38,667 nucleotides of DNA, taken from positions 1 through 38,667 of the IMG/VR virus record IMGVR_UViG_3300043473_000126. One strand, 5' to 3'. How positions within the stretch are numbered: the stretch's first letter is position 1; every line of letters begins with the position of its first letter. The position numbers and the translations under genes were made by a program. Shown here in pieces: positions 17,169 through 24,674 of the stretch. The notes under the pieces are model-generated. The model was not told the DNA's origin, ran no database searches, and worked only from the letters and a program-made list of their open reading frames with translations. Source of the DNA: a virus. Taxonomy: Duplodnaviria > Caudoviricetes.

Positions 17169-18736
17169 AGCGGACCTCCGTATCTGACTGTGTAATCGGT
17201 ACTAACCCAGGTGGCTTCTGCCTCCGTGGACAAGTTCACTGAGATGGACATTACTGTCCCCATGCCGGCAGCTGATCGCCAGTCGCGTTGAACGGCTAGA
17301 CCACCAGACCAGTATCCTGTATCCCACAGCGCTTCATCCCAGTGAGCGAAGGCCCCTGTAACGCCTGATCCAGTTGCGTCCGGCGGACCAATCTGGCTGT
17401 AGTCGTAGGTGATTCTTGTGGCATAGCCCACGGGCCTCGCACCGAGGAACGTAAGGCGGTACATGCCGATCTGTTTTTGAGACGTCTGGCTGTCGAAGGC
17501 TGAATAGGCTTGCTGACCACCTGAAAGGATGTTGGTTCCGCCAGTTCCATCGACAGCCACACCATCCTTGTCGCCTTGAAGCGCAAAGTTGACATTACCG
17601 TCTGCGTCACCAAAGATAGGCGCTCCGCCTGCTCTGTTCCAGCAACGCGCATCGAACCCGCTGAAGGTGCACCATGCAGTGGTGATGTGATTTGCAACGA
17701 TCTGCCCGTTACCACCAGCGAAGACCGTCGGCACATTGATGATGAGCAGATTCTCAGACGGGTAGAAGTCAATCTCCCATCCCTCGAGGTCCTGGAGCGA
17801 GGCTAGCAGGTCACTGAGCAGGAAGGCGATCTTTTGACTGTACGTGTTATTGGCTGAGACGTTCACCTGCGTCGAGGTGACGAGCGTCGCCATCGATACA
17901 ACACCAGTCATTGTCAAGAGGTACAGGTCCCCTGCCACATTGCAGAAGAACCTGCGGCCACGCGGGGGCTGACCGACAAAGTATACCCCGATCAACTTCC
18001 AGTTATCTGGGTCGGTAACGTCAATGCCTCCGTAGACAGCAGCCTCCCCGTTAGACGAGACAGCTACAAGGTAATCGTTGGATCCTTGTCCGGCATCAAC
18101 TGTCCAGGTCGCCAGGATAGCAAGGTAGCCGCCACGTTTGAATTGTGGTCCGAAGTCGAAGGAAGCGGCAACGCCATAGACAGTATCAGCAGGCAGGTAC
18201 CATCCTTTTGTGGAATCAACTTGCACTCCCCAGACGCGGCGTTGGTGAATCGTGGCCTGGATGATGTTAGATGGAGATACTCCGGACCAGGTACCAGTGA
18301 CGATACCGTCACCAAGAGTAAGGCGTTGGAGTCCAGCGTTGCTATACCAGATGCCATCATCAGCTCCATCGAACAACAGAGTATGCGGTCCAGCAGCATT
18401 GGCGAAACCGACACCTTGCCAGAAGTCTGAGAGCAGACCTGTCAGAAGGGGGGCACCGATGGCCCCCACGGCTGTGATGTCGTAGAACCCGCCGTCTGAG
18501 AAAGCGAAGAACTTCTCGGTACCTGCATGGGATATCCACTGCGACATGGATTCCACTGGCCCAGGAAAGCCGGTATTGCGTCTTTGATAGCCCTTCCGTA
18601 CCGTGCAGCCATACGGTTGCGGAATGATGTTGTTCAGGCGAATGGCATCCTTCGGCGGCATCGACGCCAAGTTGTCATAGGCGTTAATGCCCCCGGTTGG
18701 GGACGGAACAGTACTGATCTTGGCCGTCATCTGCAT
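17165..18736 (-). CDS. tail nozzle / head-closure protein (P22 gp10 / tubular protein B-like)
   Basis: PSPTGGINAYD...DAIRLNNIIP...VRKGY; beta-rich 523 aa; WDEALWD..YW near C-terminus; synteny. Confidence 0.75.
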   Translation of the reverse strand: MQMTAKISTVPSPTGGINAYDNLASMPPKDAIRLNNIIPQPYGCTVRKGYQRRNTGFPGPVESMSQWISHAGTEKFFAFSDGGFYDITAVGAIGAPLLTGLLSDFWQGVGFANAAGPHTLLFDGADDGIWYSNAGLQRLTLGDGIVTGTWSGVSPSNIIQATIHQRRVWGVQVDSTKGWYLPADTVYGVAASFDFGPQFKRGGYLAILATWTVDAGQGSNDYLVAVSSNGEAAVYGGIDVTDPDNWKLIGVYFVGQPPRGRRFFCNVAGDLYLLTMTGVVSMATLVTSTQVNVSANNTYSQKIAFLLSDLLASLQDLEGWEIDFYPSENLLIINVPTVFAGGNGQIVANHITTAWCTFSGFDARCWNRAGGAPIFGDADGNVNFALQGDKDGVAVDGTGGTNILSGGQQAYSAFDSQTSQKQIGMYRLTFLGARPVGYATRITYDYSQIGPPDATGSGVTGAFAHWDEALWDTGYWSGGLAVQRDWRSAAGMGTVMSISVNLSTEAEATWVSTDYTVRYGGPL

Positions 18737-18739
18737 AGA

Positions 18740-19477
18740 TTACGGTCCTGTCGTGCCTGTATCCCAAGAGCCATCTGGGATGCTCCAGGGGCCAATGAAC
18801 AACGGCGGGAAGAGCGGCGCCAAGGACAACTTCGGTGCGCCCTTGCTCTTGCCGGTCAAGGACGTAAAGAGGCGCATGAAGTCTGTCTGTGCAGCAGTTG
18901 TGTCGAAGCCCTTCAGTTCATAGAACTTAAGCTTCAGGAATTTCATGAACAGCCACGGCTCGTACATGACCGTATCGCCGTCTGCGATGATCATGGATGT
19001 AGGCGTATCTGGTGCAGGCGTGTTGGTGAGTACCCAGTTCTGGGTTACGTACTCCATTGCCATGTCGAAAGGGGTGGCCGATGGCACGGGATGCAGCCAG
19101 AACTTGTCCTGATAGACACGATACCGCATCTTGGGCGCAGCTGCGAGCAGGCCGCCCTTCAACCATGCCCATTCCTGCGGCGACTTCGGACCAAGCAACG
19201 GCCAATGGTTCGTACGATCCCATTGAGTCTGGTCCGTGAAGTACAACCAGTCAGTTGGCATGTCGTAGGCATCTTGCCCATCGATGGTCGGCCACTCCCA
19301 TTGCTTGATGAACTGCTCCCAGGTGTAGTAGGTGAGCAGCTCGTTCCCAGCCGAGTTCATCAGGGCTGTGAGTTGATTGATTTGGACGTCAGAGCTACCA
19401 ACCAGCGTCGTGGGGGCAGGCAGACCCAGTTCTGCCGCAACCTGCTGCAAAAGCGACAACGCTGGCCAGTAGTTCAT
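18740..19477 (-). CDS. head-tail adaptor (tubular protein A-like)
   Basis: ALSLLQQVAAELGLPAP...Y.MP.DW...TQWDRT.HWPL.GP.SPQEW; synteny. Confidence 0.72.
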   Translation of the reverse strand: MNYWPALSLLQQVAAELGLPAPTTLVGSSDVQINQLTALMNSAGNELLTYYTWEQFIKQWEWPTIDGQDAYDMPTDWLYFTDQTQWDRTNHWPLLGPKSPQEWAWLKGGLLAAAPKMRYRVYQDKFWLHPVPSATPFDMAMEYVTQNWVLTNTPAPDTPTSMIIADGDTVMYEPWLFMKFLKLKFYELKGFDTTAAQTDFMRLFTSLTGKSKGAPKLSLAPLFPPLFIGPWSIPDGSWDTGTTGP

Positions 19478-19480
19478 GAC

Positions 19481-20050
19481 TTACTCCTTCTTCTGCAGTT
19501 TGGCGATCGCAGCCATCATTTCCTTGTTCTGCTGCGTCAGAACTTGGATCTGGTTGTCGCGCTCTTCCAGCTCGGCGCGCATCTGCGTGAAGGGGACCGC
19601 TTCCTTGGCGACCTGCAGCCAGGCCTGGGCCTTCTGCTTGAAGCCGATCATGCCCATCATCTTGGACATCTGCGCGTCGCCCATACCGGCGAGATGCTCG
19701 ATGGTATGACAGTTCACGGCCTTGAGCTCTGCGATGACGCCAACGGTTAGCCAGGGCACCTGCTCGAGCGGCGTGCCGTCCTGGACCTGTTCGAGCTGTT
19801 TCTCGTACCTGGCCCATTGCTTCGGAAAGCGGCGCTTGTAGGTCTCATTGGCCTTTTGCACGGTGACATCTCGCGACCCGGGGGTCATGATGCGGATGCA
19901 CGGAATCTCGCGGAAGATCGGGCGTCCCGCTTCCTTTGAGGCGAACTTGTCTTCGACCGCCTCCGTGAAGAATTGGGCGAAGAGACGCTTGTCATCTTCG
20001 TATTGCTGGTCTTCTTCGAAGACCTTCTCTTCGTACTCTGCTGTGGGCAT
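19481..20050 (-). CDS. conserved phage protein (morphogenesis module)
   Basis: SKEAGRPIF...IRIMTPG...GTPLE.VPW...TIEHLA + C-terminal coiled coil; AGGAG RBS. Confidence 0.75.
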   Translation of the reverse strand: MPTAEYEEKVFEEDQQYEDDKRLFAQFFTEAVEDKFASKEAGRPIFREIPCIRIMTPGSRDVTVQKANETYKRRFPKQWARYEKQLEQVQDGTPLEQVPWLTVGVIAELKAVNCHTIEHLAGMGDAQMSKMMGMIGFKQKAQAWLQVAKEAVPFTQMRAELEERDNQIQVLTQQNKEMMAAIAKLQKKE

Positions 20051-20059
20051 CGCCTACTC

Positions 20060-20629
20060 CTATGGACCGATTGTGGGAACTACCTCGAGGATCAACCTCA
20101 CTTCAGTCAGAACCACATTCGCTGCGGCCCCGCTGATCTTGCTCGCCATCACCTTGTAAACCGGATCACCGGCAATTGGCGTGGAATTGATGATTGCGAA
20201 ACTGCCTTCGACAGGGTTGCCGTTACCCTGACCACTGATCGTGCAGCCGCCCGGGACGCTTACGCCGTCGCGGAACAGGGTGAAGCTCACCTCGTTGCCT
20301 GCGGGACAGTCCACCTGAGCGAAGAAGGTCACCCGGTTGTTGACCGTCGGCAGTCCGAGCGCGTTGCGCTGCACGGTGCCGAGTGCGAGATTGGCGGTGA
20401 AGTCCGCTGTCACCGCCAGCAAGGTGTCATAGGTAACGACCTGCTGCGTCGGCCCCAGCGCTGTCAGCGTCTGCGTGGCACGACCAACGGCACCGAACCC
20501 CGGCGTCAACGTATCGAGTACGTCCTTGATCATGTTCCGGACATCAGCAGCTGAGATGGCCCCCGTGATGTTGTCCTCGATGGTGGCATCGGCCTGCGCT
20601 TTCAGCGCAACCATTGTCTTTCTGCTCAT
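20060..20629 (-). CDS. virion structural protein (head fibre/decoration-like)
   Basis: IEDNITGAISAADVR N-terminal motif; beta-rich C-terminus; ATGA coupling. Confidence 0.6.
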   Translation of the reverse strand: MSRKTMVALKAQADATIEDNITGAISAADVRNMIKDVLDTLTPGFGAVGRATQTLTALGPTQQVVTYDTLLAVTADFTANLALGTVQRNALGLPTVNNRVTFFAQVDCPAGNEVSFTLFRDGVSVPGGCTISGQGNGNPVEGSFAIINSTPIAGDPVYKVMASKISGAAANVVLTEVRLILEVVPTIGP

Positions 20630-21021
20630 GGTGCGTTCGGGCTGTCAAACCCGTCGTTGAATGCGTTGGAGAAAGCGAACTCAGTCGGAGGCGGAACCAC
20701 CCCGAACGAGACCGCAAGACGACCATCAGAAAGGAACGGCAAACCGCACCAGTACCATGCGATTGGCGTAGTTGCGACTGAGATTGCGAGTCGACCATCA
20801 GAAGTCATTGGACCATTGACTGGATTCAGGCCCTGAATGGCACAAGCACAGCCTTTTCCGTCGAAGCTCCAACCACCAAGGTAGTCGACTGGCGGGACGT
20901 CACCTACGCAAAGTAGGCCGTCCTTAATGGGGGTGCCACCGTTGAAGTCAGACGGCACTTGGTTCAACGAGCACATGACGCGCCCGTTGGCATCGAATTG
21001 GAGCAGCTGATGGTTGAGCAT
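20626..21021 (-). CDS. hypothetical virion protein
   Basis: Repeated D..GR(V/L) beta units; ends FSNAFNDGFDS; start at MLNHQ. Confidence 0.65.
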   Translation of the reverse strand: MLNHQLLQFDANGRVMCSLNQVPSDFNGGTPIKDGLLCVGDVPPVDYLGGWSFDGKGCACAIQGLNPVNGPMTSDGRLAISVATTPIAWYWCGLPFLSDGRLAVSFGVVPPPTEFAFSNAFNDGFDSPNAP

Positions 21022-21022
21022 G

Positions 21023-21223
21023 CTAGTACGCCTTTGGCTCACGGGGCTTGTCAGGTCCCCGTGGTCCACGAAGAATCTTCACCGTAGCAGCAGCTTTCTT
21101 GGCTTGATCTGCTAGGTTATATTCCTTGGCAACGCCCTGCGGAATCCCCACCTTCGCAGCGAAGGTGGGGTCATGTGCCGCTGCAGCCATTGTGCGCCTT
21201 TGCGCCTCTGACTTGCTTGGCAT
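21023..21223 (-). CDS. small conserved phage protein
   Basis: MPSKSEAQRRTMAAAAHDPTFAAKVGIPQGVAKEYNLAD motif common in phage structural modules. Confidence 0.75.
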   Translation of the reverse strand: MPSKSEAQRRTMAAAAHDPTFAAKVGIPQGVAKEYNLADQAKKAAATVKILRGPRGPDKPREPKAY

Positions 21224-21226
21224 GGT

Positions 21227-21856
21227 TTACGACGGCACTGCCGACGCCACGTTGCTGACACCGAAGACGCTGTCGCCGATACCGATGCCGAAACCGACAC
21301 GGTTGAGGAAACCCGCCTCGACAGCCGCTCCGTTGGCGACAGAAGCCGTTGCCGTCACCAACTTCATGGTGAAGCCGGTGTACGCAGGGCCTGCACCTTG
21401 GTCGCGCGTGCCGCCGCTACCAGCTGCACCGATGCCGAAGCCTGCGACGTACGGGACCACTGGCGCGAGGCCGTCGACGTTCTTCGTGCACTTGCCCCCA
21501 CCGATGTACATGTACGTCGAATTGGGCGAGTCCGCCGGCAAGGGGGTGCTGATACCCGGCTTGTAGTCGTCCGTGAAACCAGCTCGGCCGATCGTGACTG
21601 CCGCCGGCGGACCCATCAAGGTCTCCGGCGTCATGCCGATACCGGTGCTCAGTGCACCGGTCGAGCAGTTGAGGTTGGCGACTGCGGCTGTGGTCGTGTC
21701 CTGCTTGAAGAAGGGGCTGACCGCGTTGGCGTAGTCCTTGTCGTTGTCGAAAGGTGAACCCTTCGGACCGGACAGCAGGTCGAAGATGACCGCTACCCCG
21801 AGACTCGGGTTCGTCTGGTTCTGAGCCGGCGATGAACCGGGAAGACCTGCTGGCAT
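21227..21856 (-). CDS. putative capsid decoration/minor capsid protein
   Basis: Immediately downstream of the MCP; AGGAGA RBS; G/A/T/P-rich; high GC3. Confidence 0.6.
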   Translation of the reverse strand: MPAGLPGSSPAQNQTNPSLGVAVIFDLLSGPKGSPFDNDKDYANAVSPFFKQDTTTAAVANLNCSTGALSTGIGMTPETLMGPPAAVTIGRAGFTDDYKPGISTPLPADSPNSTYMYIGGGKCTKNVDGLAPVVPYVAGFGIGAAGSGGTRDQGAGPAYTGFTMKLVTATASVANGAAVEAGFLNRVGFGIGIGDSVFGVSNVASAVPS

Positions 21857-21880
21857 TGTGTTCTCCTGATTGAAGACTCG

Positions 21881-21937
21881 CCCCGGAGGCTAGACTTTGG
21901 GTCGCTGTGACCGACCGTCTAGGGCGATCCTCCGGGG
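21881..21937. other. bulged hairpin between the MCP and the next gene
   Basis: CCCCGGAGG/CCTCCGGGG, CTAGAC/GTCTAG and GGTCG/CGACC nested stems; no U tract. Confidence 0.55.
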
Positions 21938-21947
21938 TCCGTCAAAC

Positions 21948-22928
21948 TTACTCGACCATCACGCCCTGGAACTGCAACCCGCACGAGGTGAGGTTGCCGG
22001 CCCACGCCAGGATCTGCACGGCGGCGTCCTGGTTCACCGAGTAACGCTGGCCCGGCGAAAGCGGGACCATGTTACGATCGCGGTGGGGGCGATACTTCAG
22101 GTACTTCGTGTTCAGGAAGTACGCCGTCGAGACCGGGTCAAAGCCGCCGATGCCGCCGTCGAGGCAGACGTCTGCGTCCATGAACTTGATCGTGACGAAG
22201 CCGAGCTTGGCCGTCTGCGAGTCCGTGAACCGTTGGATGGCCTGGAGCGAGGCCATGTAGAAGCCCCAGTAGTTGTTGTCGACCATGATCAGGTCGGGGC
22301 GATCGTTGCCGCGGACGCACTTTGCCCAGAGCCGGTTGAAGTAGCTCTGGATGTTCGTGGCCGAAGTGGGGGCACCACCGTCCGTGCTGGCGTCGAACGT
22401 CTGGTTACGCCAGAACGTCCAGGTGACGCGGTCGATGCCGCCGGGCGAGCCGGAGGTCGGAACCGCGATGACCTGCTTCTGCAGCCCGTCGATCTGCTTG
22501 CCGCCCGCGGCCGTGCCGTCCGAGTACAGGCCCTGCGCGATCAGGTTGGCCATGGAGGCCTCGCCGACGTTGACGCGGGCTTCGAGCAGGTCGATGATCT
22601 GTTCCCGGCCGCTGTTCTGCAGCTGGTCGAGACCGGAGATCGTGACGGGGCAAGCGGCCTGCTTGATGTCGTACTGGGCGGCGCTGATCACGTCCTGTGC
22701 CGCGATGGGCAACAGGTCGTAACCCGCGTACCAGCCGGCGTTGCCGTTGGCCTGGAACGAGAGCTCTTCCATGATCACGTTGCCGCCGGAGAACGGCTTG
22801 ATGTTGCCGCGTTCCTTCAGCCTCATGAGCAAGGCGTTGTTCTTCGTGACGTTGTCCGCGATCGTACCCGTGCGGGATTGGATCGTGGTTGCGATGATGT
22901 CGCTCACCGCGGCGTTTGCGAATGCCAT
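21948..22928 (-). CDS. major capsid protein
   Basis: DIIATTIQSRTG.IADNVTKNNALL.RL, LYSDGT..GGKQIDGL, GGIDR.TW.FWRNQ; 326 aa; strong codon bias; follows the scaffold; AGGAG RBS. Confidence 0.9.
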   Translation of the reverse strand: MAFANAAVSDIIATTIQSRTGTIADNVTKNNALLMRLKERGNIKPFSGGNVIMEELSFQANGNAGWYAGYDLLPIAAQDVISAAQYDIKQAACPVTISGLDQLQNSGREQIIDLLEARVNVGEASMANLIAQGLYSDGTAAGGKQIDGLQKQVIAVPTSGSPGGIDRVTWTFWRNQTFDASTDGGAPTSATNIQSYFNRLWAKCVRGNDRPDLIMVDNNYWGFYMASLQAIQRFTDSQTAKLGFVTIKFMDADVCLDGGIGGFDPVSTAYFLNTKYLKYRPHRDRNMVPLSPGQRYSVNQDAAVQILAWAGNLTSCGLQFQGVMVE

Positions 22929-22937
22929 GATTGGCTC

Positions 22938-23096
22938 CTATGTAGGTGGTACGGGTTTGCGGAGTCGAACTATCACTCCGCCAAGTCGGGTTTGAGGTTT
23001 TCCTGGATCATTCCTTGTGACCCGAGCAGGGGGTGCAGTCCTGTCGATGCGCTCCGGTGGGGAGAACTTCAACAGACGTTTGATGATAAGCAGCAT
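22938..23096 (-). CDS. possible 52-aa basic ORF filling the scaffold-MCP gap (alternatively a structured leader)
   Basis: ATG 2 nt after the scaffold stop; TAG abuts the MCP RBS; MLLIIKRLLKFSPPERIDRTAPPARV... Confidence 0.3.
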   Translation of the reverse strand: MLLIIKRLLKFSPPERIDRTAPPARVTRNDPGKPQTRLGGVIVRLRKPVPPT

Positions 23097-23098
23097 GG

Positions 23099-24172
23099 TT
23101 ATCTGCCTGCCACTTGACTGAACGCTGCTTCGATGGTATCACGCAGAGATGCGTTTGGTCCGACCCCGCCTACGGGTGAGCCACCTGGCGCGCCGCTGAC
23201 AGAACTGGAAGCCGCGAGCGCCCGCTGTGCCCGTTCATTTACCGAACGTGCTTGCTGGAGCTGTCGTCCATTGTTCTGTTGCTGCGCCATTTGAGCGCCC
23301 AACTCAGGGTTCATTCCCACGGCACGTGCATACGCCTGGTCTGGCGTAAGGAACACGTTCCGCTTGGCATTCATCTCGATGATGTCGGCCATGTCTTCCC
23401 GCACTGAATCGAAGTGCGGGTACTTGACGTTGTCCTGTGCGATTTGGTCGATCGTAGTAGCGGCCTCGGTCAGAATCTGCTGCTCCTGGTACTGGGCGAC
23501 CTGCTGCTGTTGATTGAGGAATTGCTGGAGAGGACTGAGGCGCTCCTGCAGCATCCGCTCGACTTGAGCGGCGACTGGGTCTGGAGCTTGTGTACTACCT
23601 TGTCCGGCCAGCGCATCATCGAGTTGCCGAATGTCGATCCCATACTCCTTGATCAGCTGCGCCATGTATTGGGCGCGTTGCGGACCAGGAGTGGAGGAAA
23701 GGATGTAGTCGGACCTCAACAGTTGCTGAACTGCCTGTAGCGGTTGCATGCCGATCGACTGAAGTCGAGCTGCATAGGGCTGTACGATCTCGTTGAACTG
23801 TTTGAAGGTTTCTCGTATTCCGCTCGTTTCACCAAATACTCTGGACGTTTCCTTTTCACGGCGGTGCACCTCGGCCCGGATCTCCGGATCGACCGTACTC
23901 CACTTTCCTTGCGCAGCAGCTTTCCAGGACTTCGGCGCCGCTTCTTCCGGCGCCCCCTTGGCTGCTTTGTCGAGCTTGACGACGGCATCGGGCTTGTTCA
24001 GGTCGACAACTTGGCCTTCGGGCGCACCTTCACGTTGCTGCGTGGGTTCCGCAGACGTTGAGGGGGCGGCCTCTGGCTTGTCCGCTGCTTCGACGACCTC
24101 CACGGCCGCTTCGAGCGAGTCCCGCAGGCTCGGTTCTGCGGGTTCCTGACCTTCTTGACCTTCGATTGCCAT
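23099..24172 (-). CDS. capsid scaffolding protein
   Basis: Acidic disordered N-terminus, APKSWK...W..V.PE.RAEV.RRE, Q-rich helices, YPHFDSVR..MA; directly upstream of the MCP. Confidence 0.8.
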   Translation of the reverse strand: MAIEGQEGQEPAEPSLRDSLEAAVEVVEAADKPEAAPSTSAEPTQQREGAPEGQVVDLNKPDAVVKLDKAAKGAPEEAAPKSWKAAAQGKWSTVDPEIRAEVHRREKETSRVFGETSGIRETFKQFNEIVQPYAARLQSIGMQPLQAVQQLLRSDYILSSTPGPQRAQYMAQLIKEYGIDIRQLDDALAGQGSTQAPDPVAAQVERMLQERLSPLQQFLNQQQQVAQYQEQQILTEAATTIDQIAQDNVKYPHFDSVREDMADIIEMNAKRNVFLTPDQAYARAVGMNPELGAQMAQQQNNGRQLQQARSVNERAQRALAASSSVSGAPGGSPVGGVGPNASLRDTIEAAFSQVAGR

Positions 24173-24183
24173 CGCCTAGCTCC

Positions 24184-24378
24184 TTAATGGATGAACACAG
24201 GGAGATGAATTCCCCCGAAGAGAGCGCTCAAGAGCACCACGAGGATGATGAGCACCAAAACCACTTTGATGACTACTGGGAACGGCGCCGGCAGAGGCAG
24301 TTGCGCGATCGCCCAGTAGACGAGATAGAAAACCAGGCCGAGGATGATCAGCCAGACCAGCAGGTTGATGAGACTCAT
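24184..24378 (-). CDS. small two-TM membrane protein (holin candidate)
   Basis: Two hydrophobic helices separated by LPLPAPFP; ATGA coupling. Confidence 0.7.
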   Translation of the reverse strand: MSLINLLVWLIILGLVFYLVYWAIAQLPLPAPFPVVIKVVLVLIILVVLLSALFGGIHLPVFIH

Positions 24379-24674
24379 TTCATGTACCCCTTTTCGTGCA
24401 TTACACGGATGATGTCCTGCCTGATCTGGTTACGATCTGGCAAAACAGGTTGAGGTCCATAGGGAAGACCCGCTAGCTCCTGAGTCGGGACCACGTCGTG
24501 GCGAGCACAGTGGTCTCGTATGCCAGCACGGCCCCGAACAACCGTTTTGTCGATAGGAGAAACGAAGTCAGGGACATCTGGAATGACAAACGGGCCCACT
24601 GAAGGTCGGCTAGACACTGGTTCAGTTCCCTTTTCATACATCTCACCCTTGATGTACACCCAAGTGCGCCTCAT
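24375..24674 (-). CDS. conserved phage protein downstream of portal
   Basis: PDVPDFVSPIDKTVVRGR...DHCARH; start overlaps the portal stop. Confidence 0.7.
   Translation of the reverse strand: MRRTWVYIKGEMYEKGTEPVSSRPSVGPFVIPDVPDFVSPIDKTVVRGRAGIRDHCARHDVVPTQELAGLPYGPQPVLPDRNQIRQDIIRVMHEKGYMK

Noticed and set aside
18527-19750. 407-aa + strand ORF
   Set aside because: Antisense to the adaptor and neighbouring genes in a coherent - strand operon; no protein-like features.
21897-23117. 406-aa + strand ORF
   Set aside because: Antisense shadow of the strongly codon-biased MCP gene; no RBS or recognisable motifs.
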